Notes under the pieces: generated by a model
Seen by the model: the letters and a program-made list of their open reading frames with translations, nothing else
Told to the model about the DNA's origin: nothing
Database searches by the model: none
Made by a program: the position numbers and the translations under genes
In this document: piece by piece, positions 25,434-40,189 of the stretch
Position numbering within the stretch: position 1 is the stretch's first letter
Layout of the letters: the number at the start of each line of letters is the position of its first letter
NCBI GenBank assembly: GCA_964016885.1
Contig: OZ024740.1
Location: 413,230,001-413,294,000, forward strand
DNA: 64,000 nucleotides
From: Eledone cirrhosa
Taxonomy: Eukaryota
Direction: 5' to 3'

Positions 25434-25627
25434 AATAATTGTTTCTACTTTTTGGCACAAGGCCAGCAATTACCCAGTGCAATACGGGTACTTTATGTTA
25501 TCGACCCCGTAAGGATGAAAGGGAAAGTTTACCTCGGCGTAATTTGAACTCAGAATGGCAAGGGCCGTCACTCTATGCGTCAAAGCATGGCATCCGACCC
25601 TCCACCGATGCTGCCAATCCAGCGCCT
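25434..25627 (-). mobile_element. tRNA-derived SINE, full length (left arm of a palindrome)
   Basis: Same family, reverse complement. Confidence 0.88.
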
Positions 25628-25654
25628 TTTAATATAAATAGTTTTAATATAAAT

Positions 25655-25933
<279 letters not shown>

Positions 25934-25958
25934 TATATTAAAACTATTTATATTAAAA

Positions 25959-26070
25959 GGCGCTGGATTGGCAGCACCGGTAGAGGGTCGGACGCCATGC
26001 TTTGACGCATAGAGTGACGGCCCTTGCCATTCTGAGTTCAAATTACGCCGAGGTACACTTTCAATTTCAT

Positions 26071-26074
<4 letters not shown>
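25959..26074 (+). mobile_element. SINE 5' portion, inverted relative to 25434-25627
   Basis: Near-exact reverse complement of 25512-25627, including flank up to the (TA)n. Confidence 0.85.
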
Positions 26075-26106
<32 letters not shown>

Positions 26107-26157
26107 CTTATATTAAAACTATTTATATATATATATATATATATATTACTATAGATG

Positions 26158-26208
26158 AGATTCTACAGGACTAGAACTGTTTCATTCTTTAGAAATCATC
26201 AGGAATCT
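26158..26208 (-). ncRNA. Type I hammerhead ribozyme-like motif
   Basis: Minus strand: agattc CTGATGA t-ttct-aa-agaa-t GAAA cag-ttctagtc-ctg TA gaatct. Perfect 6-bp stem I, paired stem III, GUA site. Confidence 0.75.
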
Positions 26209-26627
26209 GGCTTGCCAAAAGTAAATGTCGTATTTATAACTTTTCAGGTGGTAGGAGAGAGTGGAGGTCATTGGTTGAAAGAAAAGGGAATTCATTAAAA
26301 GCTAACTCTTTAAGGCTATAATTTATATTTAGAGTGACAAAGGCAGAAAGAATTCTATAAACAAGTTCAGATTGGGGAGCCACTCCTTATTTTTAAGTTT
26401 CTCTTAAGCTAACAATGCTATATTTCAGGTGTCTATAAGATGATTGGGGGTCGGCCATGGTTGATGGATTTAAAGAAAAGGGAAATTCTTTAAAAGCTAA
26501 TTCTTGAAAGCTCTACTTAGAGTGACAAAGGCCAAGAGAATTATATAAACCAGTTCAAAATATTGGGTGCTTATCATATCATTATTGTCATATTTCTCTT
26601 AACCTATATTCCAGGTGTCAACAGACA

Positions 26628-26719
<92 letters not shown>

Positions 26720-26813
26720 GAACTACATCAAGGCTACGCAACCCCACATCATCAACACGAGCGAAATTGCACAGCAAATACATGATGGGAGAGAGAACAT
26801 TCTCAACGCTCAC

Positions 26814-27788
26814 ATGATTATGTGGGCCGACATCCTAAAGCCAAGCAGACGCACAGCCAACAACATCCAGGCGTCTAACAATGGCATACCACCCTTGTAT
26901 GGGCCCCGCAAAGACCATAAGACAGTCGACGGCCCGACAATAGGACCACCAAGAAGACTTGTATGCGGAGCAAATATAGCTACCAACTACAGGATCTCCT
27001 ACTTCCTCTCAATGGTTATACGCCCCATAATCAAGATGTCCCCAGATGTATGTAGCAGTACAGAGGAACTCCTCAGCAGAATCAGTGAGTGCAACAAAAA
27101 CAAAAACCTATCCAACTGCTTAATAGGCAGTATGGATGTGGTATCACTGTACCCATCCATTGACATTGATTTTGCTGTGAAAAAATGTGTGGAGATGATC
27201 ATTGAGAGTGAGGTGGAGTTCTGCGACGCCGACACAGACGAACTGGGCCTCCTACTTAGACTTACCTATGACACTGATTACCTAGACAGCCATGATCTTA
27301 GACGTTTCTGCCCCAGTAGACCCATAAGAGGTAAATCCCCCACCATAACCTCAATGGAAAAAAGGACTCCCATGGGAAGGTGGATTGGGTGGACCAAAGC
27401 TATACAGACCCCCCAAAACAATGATCTGGTAAGAAAAATGGTCGCACATGCAATAGGGGCTAGTATCCAAACTACCCTAAAGGGCCACATATTCAAATTC
27501 AGCGAGAATATCTACACCCAAAATGAGGGAACAGCCATTGGCGTAAGCATAGCTGGTGACGTTGCCAACCTTTTTATTTTATGGTGGGAAAGGAGACTCA
27601 AAGATCTCCTTGATGAGAGCTCCATAGACCTCATCATGTACTCTCGTTACGTAGACGACATCAATATAGTAATAAGGACATCCCCACAAGAGAGTACTAA
27701 CAAGTTTGATTTAGAACGTAGCACAATGGAAAGAATCCAGCAGATAGTTAATTCCATACACTATCGACGACCCTTCCAAACACCCTAA
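26814..27788 (+). pseudogene. PLE reverse transcriptase core (324-aa fragment)
   Basis: DVVSLYPSI and YVDD motifs. Frameshifted before the thumb. Confidence 0.88.
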
Positions 27789-29033
27789 TAATAGACTACC
27801 TGTATTAGACACGGAACTCTGGATTAACACTATAGACGAGAGAACCCAAATTCTCCACTCACACTACGCTAAACCCATGGCCTCCAAATACCTGATACTC
27901 AAAAACTCAGCAATATCCAGTAGTGCTAAGTTTAATATTCTGATCGCAGACTTGGTACGAGTGATAAAGAACGTGTCCCGCAGGTGCGACCCAACAGAAA
28001 TGGAAAGACACATCCAACACTACATCAAACGCATGCAGTTTTCTGGCTACAACCAAAGAGACAGAATCAGAGTATACGAAGGAGCCACGGAGTAGTATAA
28101 GACCCTCATAGAACTGGACATGAAAGGAATCTGCCCATTATACAGGAGCAAATCATGGAATAGCTTAGATAGGACTAGACATAAGATAGGGGAAGCCACC
28201 TCATGGTACGACAACCAGAGATACCAGAGTGTCATGTTTGTGGACGCTACCGCTGGAAATTAGCTAACCAGTGTGGAAAGGCCCTAAGAAAGACCCACTT
28301 AAAGATTAAGGTGGTAGAAAAGCCAGGAACCACCATTAAATCACTGATCAGCAAACCTACCCTTTTAAGAAAACCCACTCTACTAATAGGAAATGTATTA
28401 TATGTAAAGTAAACCCCCGGATAAACTGTAAAACTAGAAACGTAGTTTATAGCTAAGATGTACAGAGGATACTTCCAGAAACAGGACAACAACATACATA
28501 GGCGAGACAGCTCGTAGCATCGGTGAAAGGATAGACCAACACTGGGGGGAACTAAAATGACGAAAAAACGGTTCAGTACTATACGAACATGCCAGACAAC
28601 AACACGACGGTAACATAGACAACATAGAAATTAGAATATTATCTAAACATAGAAATGACCCAGCGGATAAACAAATCAGAGAGGCCAATGAAATAGAACT
28701 TAGAAGGCCAAGGCTAAAGAAAAACATGAATGGAATAACAACAACACCGAAACAAAGAACACTGACATAAGAGAAGTATAAATAAATAAATAAATACATA
28801 CACAAGCACAATAACAACAAACACATATAAACACACCCTAGTAAACTTAGATACAATAAAATAACCAATACACAGTCACCCAAACACGAACACACGTCAA
28901 ACAAAATACTATACACACACGCATACGCATGCGCAGAGAAGACAAACAAATAAATAAACTAATAAATAAATAACTTCACAGACTAAATAAAGATGGCGTA
29001 GGCATACAATACAACGGGAGGAAACATAATAGT

Positions 29034-29075
29034 ACCACTGACGGTGTTGCATATGTGCAACGAAAGAACTTTGTT
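29034..29075 (+). ncRNA. Degenerate hammerhead in the PLE 3' region
   Basis: acca CTGACGG t gttgca-tatg-tgcaac GAAA gaac TT tgtt. Same layout as 43939-43981. Confidence 0.5.
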
Positions 29076-29377
29076 AGACTATATATATGTGTTTGTGTCT
29101 ATATTGTATCTGTATTTTTGACCGTTGGTCAGCCAATGGTAACATTTAGGACCGAATAAATTAAATTAACCGATATAAAAGACACAGAAGCGAAAACCAA
29201 CCAAACAGTGAGTGTGTTCTGTTATTAATTCTGGCAATATTATTACACAAATATGACCCTCCCCAACTATAACAATATATATATAGAGAAATATATATAT
29301 ATATAGAAACTAATTAGTTGGAAGTGATATTTTAGTAAGTAAGTTCATTTTATAATTTTCTTATTTTACGTCTCTTA

Positions 29378-29467
<90 letters not shown>

Positions 29468-29473
<6 letters not shown>

Positions 29474-30072
29474 AAAGAGAAAACACAGGTAAGCACTAAG
29501 AGAAGGATTTAATCCAGGTATGTACGACCGTTTCATTGGTAAATGTAACCTTATATTGCTATACACCAATTAGCAGCCACGCAATTATAATTGTTGTTCA
29601 CAGTCCAAATTTTCAAAATAGGGAGTAAGTTACTTTTGAAATAGTTCTTAATATATAGAGAAAAACATTTATTTGGAATTGTATTTACTAGTATAGAGAG
29701 AGAGGAATCAGAAGGTGAGGGGACAAACGGAATAGTATAGAGAGAGAGGAATGGGAAAGAGTTAGGAAGTAGAGTGACAAACTGAGATGGAGGGGGGGGG
29801 GGGGTAGAGGTGGAAGGATTCGTTGATCAGTTTTGATACGTAGACTTCATGTCGTAAATACAATTCCAAATAAATGTTTTTCTCTATATATTAAGAACTA
29901 TTTCAAAAGCAACTTACTCACTATTTTGAAAATTTGGACTGTGAACAACAATTATAAATGAGTGGCTGCCATTTGCAGTATAGCAATATAAGGTTGCACT
30001 TACCAATGAAACGGTCGTAAATACCTGGATAAAATCCTTCTCTTAATGCTTACCTGTGTTTTCTCTTTTATA
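29468..30072. repeat. Fold-back repeat: ~220-bp inverted arms (29468-29688 / 29854-30072)
   Basis: The arms are reverse complements by eye. The left arm abuts (TA)n. Confidence 0.85.
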
Positions 30073-30260
30073 CTTTATACTCCAAGATTCAACGGAAATC
30101 TTACAAACTTGTGAAGTTACCCCTAACCGTACGTTGAAAGCATCCATGAAACTGGCTTTCTTAACCACGAACTGGATCACAAAAAACAATTTTCTGCTTC
30201 CCTAACTAACTATATATATATATTTCGTTTCTTATTGGCAACATGACCCTCCCAAAGTAT

Positions 30261-30338
<78 letters not shown>

Positions 30339-30340
<2 letters not shown>

Positions 30341-32553
30341 CGGAGGAAATGTGGTAAGGAACCAGGTGGACCATAACGCACCAAAGTACTCAATACTTAG
30401 GGTAGTAGAGTGGGTAATAAGAACGAGTAGGACCCCTACGGCTGAGCTGAAGCCGTTTCGACGGCTAATTCTGGACTAAATGAAAATTGTTATCCTGATA
30501 TTTGAATAGCCGAGCTTCTCAAGGGGTAATTCCATATATGGTAAAAGTGATTGTCACGAGGATTGATCAAAAGTTTGTTGTTGAGACATAATAATTCTAT
30601 GATGACAATTTGTGGAGGGAGGGGGTAGCTGAACCTGCCAGTAGGAGAAAGAGGGAGAGAGGGTGGAGGAGACCCAGTCATGCGTTGATAGTGCCGACTA
30701 CAGCTGGGCATGAGGTCAAAGAAGATACTAGGGAGGGGGAGGAAGTCGAAATAATTAGTAAAACAATATGGGGTAAATATATAGAAAAATACCGAGAGTG
30801 TTAAAAAGCACTTAAATGTAAAAAAAAAAATAAACAATTTCTGGTTACTACGACCTAAGTCTCTCACTGGTACTGCTAGTCTAAAGAAAGGTTTACTAGG
30901 TAGGACGGAATTATAATGAGACCCTTTTAAGAGGTATAAGTAATAAACCGAGTATATCTTACGGTGACGGGTCAATAAGTGAGGGGCCAAAATACTAAAG
31001 AAACTACCACGAAATAATAAATAAAGGTTTCTACCCCAGGCACAAGGCCAGCAACCACCCAGTGCAAAAAGTAAACTAATACGAAATAATAATTCAGAAT
31101 CCCGTAAAAGAATACTAATACTATCTCTAAGGGTGCCGCCACGATACAAAAGTTCTAGTGCAAAGTACATAAATGCTCGTACGAAGTATATGTAAAATTT
31201 GATACGGAAAATTAATTCAGAATCACCCCCCCCCCCCCCCCAAAAAAAAATACTTATATACGAGAAATTAAAGCAAAGATACCACTAAGAAATATAGAAA
31301 GCACGGAAAAGGGGCAGCGGTCGGATAAGAAGGCAAGTATCCGGGGTCGAACACATCTGCTATAAAAAGCGGAGTCGGCCAAATCTATCATAGAATAGGG
31401 GAAGGGGTGGGGGTACTGAAGCTACAAAGGACCGAGGGGCTGCCTCGAGTGGGCGAGAAAATAAAAGGGACGACGGCAAAGAAAGGGGACTGGGGTGGAA
31501 GTACTAGGGAGGGATGGGGGGAAGAAGGAAATATAGAGGAAGCGATAAAAAGATATAAAAGAGGATCTTACGTCTACCTTTGCAAGCAGGGGTTACCCAT
31601 TACAGAATCGGCAAGTGGGGTGTTATAGCCCTAGTCTAACCCCCCCTCCCCGCGTCATTATGGGGTTTGAGGGCAAGGTAAGTCCTACGTAATCTGTGTT
31701 TACATGCAGTAACCAGTTCATCTTTCTTGTTTAGGAGTTGGTCCGTCCAAAACAGCATTTGTAAAGTTTCCTCCGAGCATAAATTGCACGGACGGCATCC
31801 TCCCGTGTAAGAGTTGGCTCTGGACAGTAAGCTCCAAGTGAGATCATAGGTAATGTTGTTATCCTTGAGGTACCATGTGTGGACCGAAAGTGTAGTGGCG
31901 GCACCCTTAGAGATAGTATTAGTATTCTTTTTCCGGATTCTGAATTATTATTTCGTATTAGTTTACTTTTTGCATTGGGTGGTTGCTGGCTTTGTGCCTG
32001 AGGTAGAAACCTTTATTTATTATTTCGTGGTAGTTTCTTTAGTATTTTGGCCCCTCACTTGTTGACCCGTCACCGTAAGATATTCTCGGTTTATTACTTA
32101 TACCTCTTAAAAGGGTCTCATCATAATTCCGTCCCACCTAGTAAACCTTTCTTTAGACTAGCAGTACCAGTGAGAGACTTAGGTCGTAATAACCAGAAAT
32201 TGTTTATTTTTTTTTTTACATTTAAGTGCTTTTTAACACTCTCGGTATTTTTCTATATATTTACCCCATATTGTTTTACTAATTATTTCGACTTCCTCCC
32301 CCTCCCCCTCCCCAGTATCTTCTTTGACCTCATGCCCAGCTGTAGTCGGCACTATCAACGCATGACTGGGTCTCCTCCACCCCCTCTCCCTCTTTCTCCT
32401 ACTGGCAGGTTCAGCTACCCCCTCCCTCCACAAATTGCCATCATAGAATTATTATGTCTCAACAACAAACGTTTGACCAATCCTCGTGACAATCACTTTT
32501 ACCATATATGGAATTACCCCTTTAGAAGCTCGGCTATTCAAATACCAGGATAA
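30339..32553. mobile_element. Non-coding fold-back element with ~650-bp inverted arms (30490-31142 / 31895-32553), PLE pLTR-like
   Basis: The arms are reverse complements (mirrored spurious ORFs 30490..31170 and 32047..32553). Starts at (TA)n and is related to 57764-58740. Confidence 0.8.
30432..30527 (-). ncRNA. Hammerhead-like motif, U3-A8 core variant
   Basis: acccc TTGAGAA gctcggcta...tagccgtc GAAA cggct-tcagctc-agccg TA ggggt. Confidence 0.6.
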
Positions 32554-32802
32554 AAATGTCCGGAATTAGAGGTAAATATTTGTAGTCCAGCTGACTTTTA
32601 TGCGCTATATTAGAAGGATGCTAGAAATTATGAGTACTTTATGGTTTTCATATGTTAATCTGTTGATACAATAATTACCCTATTTTCAAAGCTGAAGCAT
32701 CTGGCTGGAAATGTTGCCTTGCGATCGTATACGTGTGTTCCACAGCAATTTGTTTAGCAAATTGCAAGCAATAAGGTCGAAATGATTTGATATCGATCTA
32801 AA

Positions 32803-32848
<46 letters not shown>

Positions 32849-33008
32849 ACCCGCCCTAGAATATATATATATATATATATAAAATGAGATTAACACCCCC
32901 ACAGGTACTAAGTACCCATGGAATTATAGGTAGGTCATTTTAACGCCCATTCGATCTTTCACTAGCTGGCGGTTAGCGGTGTATTTAAGTCCTATGTAAT
33001 GGAAATAG

Positions 33009-33086
33009 CTTTCTGAAGAGCCGATCTTTCCATTGGAGGTCCTTTTGGATTTCCAATCTTTTGTGAGGCAAAACCGTCGGTAAAAG
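33009..33086 (+). ncRNA. Hammerhead-like motif (GAAA mutated to AAAA)
   Basis: cttt CTGAAGA gcc...ggc AAAA ccg-t-cgg TA aaag. A second copy on the minus strand at ~42154-42230 reads GAAT, so the consensus is GAAA. Confidence 0.55.
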
Positions 33087-33187
33087 AAATTTGGGCAGGT
33101 GAATATTTAAATTGTATTTCAATTTATTTTAAAAAAATATTTAATATATATATATATATTAGACATAATATATATATTAATATAATG

Positions 33188-33261
<74 letters not shown>

Positions 33262-34328
33262 GTATTGCACCACGAAAAATATAGACTTCGCCGAGAGGAA
33301 CAGTAATAATCTATTGGCTTTAACATATGTTTCTGTGTCTATATTTGCTAACTACAATATATATTGTTCAATCATATGTAATGCTTAATTACTTTTCACA
33401 CGTCTTCAGAAAGCTTAAATGTATATATAGTGGTAGAACACTGTAAGTTAATATCCGTAGTGGTAGAGCACTCAGTGTCTATGGGACGTGTTAGGTAGAA
33501 GTGGTTACACAACAGTTAGTTCACCATACCGAGAACAATTGTTTCACCTTAGCGGATCCTCAGCTCGTAATATATATATATACGTACATATATGGGGAGA
33601 GTGTATATATATTAGATATGCATATGTTTTTAAAATCCTACGATACTGTACATCTCTGTGGTATTACTGATCAATTTATTAATGCCATTCCTCTACTTGC
33701 ATTATGATAACAGTTGTAAGAACTTGAATTAAAGCGAACTCATTCCGATATGTCATGCAGATGTCGTTATATGAAAAAATATCATGGGGTAACAAAGAAA
33801 ATAGAAATTTTATTTTATATATACATAAAGCACGTGGTTTCGCCCTATCGACAATGTTCAGATGTAGTTCGAATGCAGATTTTGTCAGTTAATTACAAAT
33901 GCAATCCTACATACGCTAAATCTTATAAGAATTTTGTCAGGTATTGCAACACAGGGCTAATTCGTCGGCTTGCCTCTCAGACAGGATGACTGCTAACCAT
34001 CTTCAAAATGCGTGGTAGTCACCTATAACCTTATTGTAAGCCACTGAAAGCTTATAGCTTTCTTATAGTTGCTTCGATTGTATTAAAGCAACGGATATTT
34101 ACTCGCGGCATCATAAGCACTCGGCTAGAATAAGGAAAATCTAACTTTCTAGGAGTAAAAATATACCTGTTGATTTTATTTTAATCACAGAAACTGAAAT
34201 GTACTGGAGTACAACAGAATACGTGATTACAGATATTCCACTACACGCATATCAACTATGTTCAGTCGGCTTTATTATGTTGCACACACTATGCTGTTGC
34301 CTGAGCCATATAGTAGAGTATTATTAGT

Positions 34329-34520
34329 AGGCGGTGGATTGGCAGTATCAGTAGAGGGTCGGACACTATGCTTTGATGCATAAAGTTACGGCCCTTCCCA
34401 TTCTGAGTTCAAATCCCGCCGAGGTTAACTTTGCCTTTCATCCTTACGGGATCGATAAAATAAAGTACCCTATTGTACAGGGTAATTGCTGGCCTTGCGC
34501 CAAAAGTAGAAACAATTATT
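34329..34520 (+). mobile_element. tRNA-derived SINE, full length
   Basis: Same family as 23190-23381. Confidence 0.88.
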
Positions 34521-34624
34521 ACTGGGCCATTTGAATATTTCTATAATTTTATTTACTGTGGTTTTAAGAAGAGGTCGCTCAGGAATCTTCTAATTAAAAA
34601 TATACCAAAGCACTTTTATAATAA

Positions 34625-36230
34625 CACCGTGTAACATATATGTTGTTCCCCGTTTCTAAGTATCATTTCCTGGTTTGTTATATCCCATTATTATAGGAAA
34701 ACCCGATTATTTAAGTAGAGGTTTGGGTTTCTCATCAGAGGTTTGATAATTCGAGATTTTCCTATTTTTCAAGAAAAACACATTTCTTTTTAATTTATCG
34801 GTTCATATAATTAAATCAACAGAGTATATATTTATTTTATTACACAAGCTTATCAAAAGCAAACAAGAAAAAAATAACACTTATAAAGCAACCTATACAC
34901 CTCAGAAATGACTGGATTTCCTGGACTTGCGGTTGTAGTCCTGGTCTAATTGCCTCACTAGCCCCCAGAAATAGACCCCATCAATGTTTCATTGTAGTGA
35001 CCCTGGTACCTCCGCTCTATCTCTTTCACATCCTGGTGTAATCGTTGGCCTTGTTCTTCTGAGTAGGCGCCCATATTGTCCTTGAATTTTTCCAGGTGAG
35101 CGTCCAGCATATGGAGTTTAAGCCACATCCTGCATCCCATGGCGCTAAAATCCTTTATCAGATCCTGCACCAGTTGCTGGTAGTTTTCAGCTCTGTAGTT
35201 GCCCAGGAAGCACTTAACAACTGCCTTGAAACAGTTCCATGCTGTTCACTCAATTTCTTGGTTGAGAGCCTTCATAAACTGCTTCATCAACCCCAACTTA
35301 ATGTGCAGTGGAGGCATGAGCGCAATCCTGGGATCAACCAGTGGATCCCACATGACGTTCCGGGTCCCGACTACAATTATGTTCGCTGCTCCCAGTTCTT
35401 TCTTTTGTAGTGGTCAGAGGTGGCTCTGCTGTCCCAAACGGAGAGGAAGCATTGGAATGTGATAAAGCCTCCTTGGAGAGTCCAAGCAGGAAAGCCACCA
35501 TCTTGAAGTCTCCAATGATTTCCCAATTGTACTGGTTGTATTGCAGAGCTTCCAAGAGGACTTTCACACTGTAGTAATCTTCCTTCAGGCAGATTGAATG
35601 AGCTAGGGGCAGTGTCGGGAACGTGTTTCCATTGTGGAGGAGGACAGCCTTTAAACTTGTGGTGGAGCTGTCTATAAATAGCCGCCACTCCTTGGGCACA
35701 AACGGCACCCCAATAACGTCAAACAGTCCAGGCACGTCATGGCAGAAGCAGAAGCCATTCCTAAGGGTGTAAAAGCCTGAAAAAGGTTCGTGTCGACTTC
35801 TCTGACTTGTCAACTGCACTTCCTCCCTGAACAAGTTCCACTGCTTCATCCTGGAGACGAATGCTTAAAACACAACTTACCCTTTATTGAGGGTAAGAAA
35901 ATTCAGTATCAATAAATCTCTTTAATCCACTTTTTATTAATTTTATACTTTATTGCACTTTTATAATTTTCTTTTGGTATAAATCTTTATTTTATCATTT
36001 TAATTTAACCTGAAACATATATTAAAAAAGTCATTTAACATAAGCAAATTAAACTTATATACAACGTAAAATCCAGCATACAAATAATTTTAGTGAATAG
36101 CTTAGAATGTTTACATACCCAAACTTTTAACTGTTTAATAGCACTTTATTTATTTATTTGGGACCTAAGCAACACAAAAAAGTGATTACAAGCCAGGAAC
36201 AGAGAAAACAAATTTTTTGGTTACACGGTG
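34625..36230 (-). mobile_element. Chapaev3-like (CMC) DNA transposon, internally deleted
   Basis: Termini CACCGTGTAAC...GTTACACGGTG with TAA on both sides (3-bp TWA TSD). Transposase remnants LFIDSS..SLKAVLLHNGN, GDFKMV, WDSRA, LHIKLGLMKQF, SEEQG.R.HQD. Confidence 0.82.
34958..35855 (-). pseudogene. Frameshifted, deleted Chapaev3-type transposase
   Basis: ORFs 35334..35849, 35377..35688 and 34958..35170 carry consecutive motifs. Confidence 0.8.
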
Positions 36231-36566
36231 TAATTAATGTTCGTGTTATATATTTAATAGACTAAAATTAAATGAAAGTCATAACTAATTAGACATGTCA
36301 GCCCATGGATTTAGAATTGTTAAGTGGAGAACGATTTAGCATATGATATCTAACAAAGTGTTTTTCTGCTTCATCTTAAAATGTTTTTTAATAATATTTT
36401 GCTCTTCATTGCGTAATTAAATTACTTTGCTTATAGGTGAATATATCAGAAAACATAATCAATATCTCTTTCGGTGTACATTTACTTCATAGAAATCTCA
36501 TATAAAATAGTTATGCATGAGTTTGTTGATACAGTATTCCTCTCTCTCTTTCTCTCTCTCTCACTC

Positions 36567-36605
<39 letters not shown>

Positions 36606-36894
36606 CTCACTCTATTTCTCTCTCTCCCTCTCTTTCTCTCTCTCTTCCCCTCCCTTCCCCTCTCTCTCTCTATATATATATAAATATATATCTATCTCTC
36701 CATCTCTCGCTCTCTCCTTCTCAGTCTCTCTCTCACATATAGACACATACATATACACACACTCATCCAGGCATACAAATACGCACACATACTCACATAT
36801 TTATATATATACAGAGAAAAATAGATAGATACATAAACTGAGAGACAAATATATGTATATATGTATATATATACATATATGTGTCTATCAGTTT

Positions 36895-37810
36895 TACGAA
36901 TCTGGAGATGTCAACACTGTACTCCAGAACAACCTGAACTCAATATGGACAGCATGTGCAGCATCGGTGCCAGGTAAGCAGAAAAAACATCCCAAAAGTG
37001 CAATTTGGGAGACTGCTGCAGTCCGTCGTGCCAGAAAAGAACGTCGTAATGCTGAATGTGAGTACAAACTGCATAAATCACATATCAATAGGAGAAAGCG
37101 AAATAAATCATCCAACCAGTGCTTGAATTTGAGCAGCGCATAGCAACCAGCCCTGACAGTAAGGTGTTCTGGAAGTATGTTCACTCAAAGCAAAGGCCTC
37201 ACTCTCCAGTTGATCCTCTTCGTAATCCCCACACAAGCCAGGTTACTGACGACCCCAAGGAATGCGCAGAACTCATTGCTGAATGCTATGCAGACATTTT
37301 CACTATAGAAGACCTGAGTATACCGTCTCCACCACCTCTGATATCGGATTCTATTACAACTATAGAATTTACACCTTCAATGCTGCGACATCACCTTAAA
37401 AATAAACGCAACCATGCCTCTGCTGGACTTGATGGTGTTACGTACCTGATTCTCAAACGTGGTGGGTACTTCCTTCTGCATCAGCTATCACGCTTCTTCC
37501 AATTCTGTCTGAACAACGGTCCTACTCCAGAAAAGTGGAAACTGCCAGTGTCATTCCTCTGTTCAAAAAGAGTGACCGCACATCACCTGTGAACTATCGT
37601 CCAGTCAGTCTTACTAGCTGCATTGCCAAACTGATGGAATCATGTGTTAGAGAAACGCTTTGGAACTTCTGGAACTCTCACAGTCTTATCCGGCCCTCGT
37701 AATTTGCATTTATACCTAACTCCAGCTGCTGTGATCAACTTATCGAGTTTCTTGAAGACATCACCCGGATCACTGATGATGTGATACCTTTCCAGCGATC
37801 TTGCCATAGA
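36895..37810 (+). mobile_element. CR1/Jockey-group LINE ORF2 fragment (pre-RT and RT N-terminus)
   Basis: KVFWKYV, AGLDGV, P.KWK, then NYRPVSLTSCIAKLME in a shifted frame. Multiple stops. Confidence 0.75.
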
Positions 37811-38612
37811 CATGAGATCTTTCCATACATTCCAGTCTTAGAACTTTATCTTTGGTGTTCTGCTCCATCCACGATATTTCAAATATCCAGCAGATGAACC
37901 ACATTTCAGCGCCGTCCAGTTTTCTTGCCTTGTTATTGCTCATCTTCCAGCATTAACAACCGTATATAAGAACAGACCATCTGTACGTTCTCAGGAAGTA
38001 GATTTGTGTGTATAGACTGATGTTTCTGTTTGTAAACATGGATTTCATTTTGTTAAAAGCCTTTGTTTCATATAATAATTCTTTACTTTATTTATCTGTC
38101 CAATCTGTAGTCTGATGTGAAGGTAAAATAAATAAAAAAGATCGGTTCACCCGATCCTTTTTGTTTATACCCTGAACCAATCTGTCTCACATTGAATGTC
38201 TAGATGGAATTAAGTTATTAGGGCGAAACAAGAACAACATATGGTACGCTGTCAGGATAACCGACACAGAACAAAGGTTTCAATCTCTCCTTGACACAGT
38301 GTCAACAAACAACAGGAATAATTTCAAGTTTGCACGATAAATGAATTTTATTGTATTGTTTCAGTATTGATCACCTCAAAGTTCGATCATAATCTTTAGG
38401 GTTCGAGTCCGCATCGACGTCTGATCAGATATGTGTTTATTGGTATAGAATACATTCTAACTGTATTTATATTCTGCGTTTCAGTCGTCATAGCCCTGGA
38501 GTACATGGTAGCATAAAGCTACACATGAGGGAACATTTAACAGCATTCATTGCATTAACTGACGAGCCGCCTACAACTCTAGTTAAGCACATTTCTACCA
38601 TATTTGTATGTA

Positions 38613-40180
<1,568 letters not shown>

Positions 40181-40189
40181 TATATTGGT

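Larger units (their letters stand above)
26717..29275 (+). mobile_element. Penelope-like element (RT + GIY-YIG, possibly Naiad-like), decayed and 5'-truncated
   Basis: PPLYG.RKDHK, GSMDVVSLYPSI, GTAIG, YSRYVDD (26814..27788); thumb KPMASKY..MQFSGY; CIIC..NC..NVVY and YIGETARSIGER (~28390-28540) broken by stops and frameshifts. Flanked by (TA)n. Confidence 0.88.

Noticed and set aside
28380-28580. Possible selenocysteine (UGA) recoding, as reported for some Naiad PLEs
   Set aside because: The visible zinc-finger Cys codons are TGT. The TGA at ~28558 is not at a Cys position, and the copy has other stops and frameshifts.
30490-32553. Mirrored 226-aa and 168-aa ORFs as a duplicated gene
   Set aside because: Low-complexity translations of inverted non-coding arms. 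The related copy at 57986/58333 does not keep the frame.
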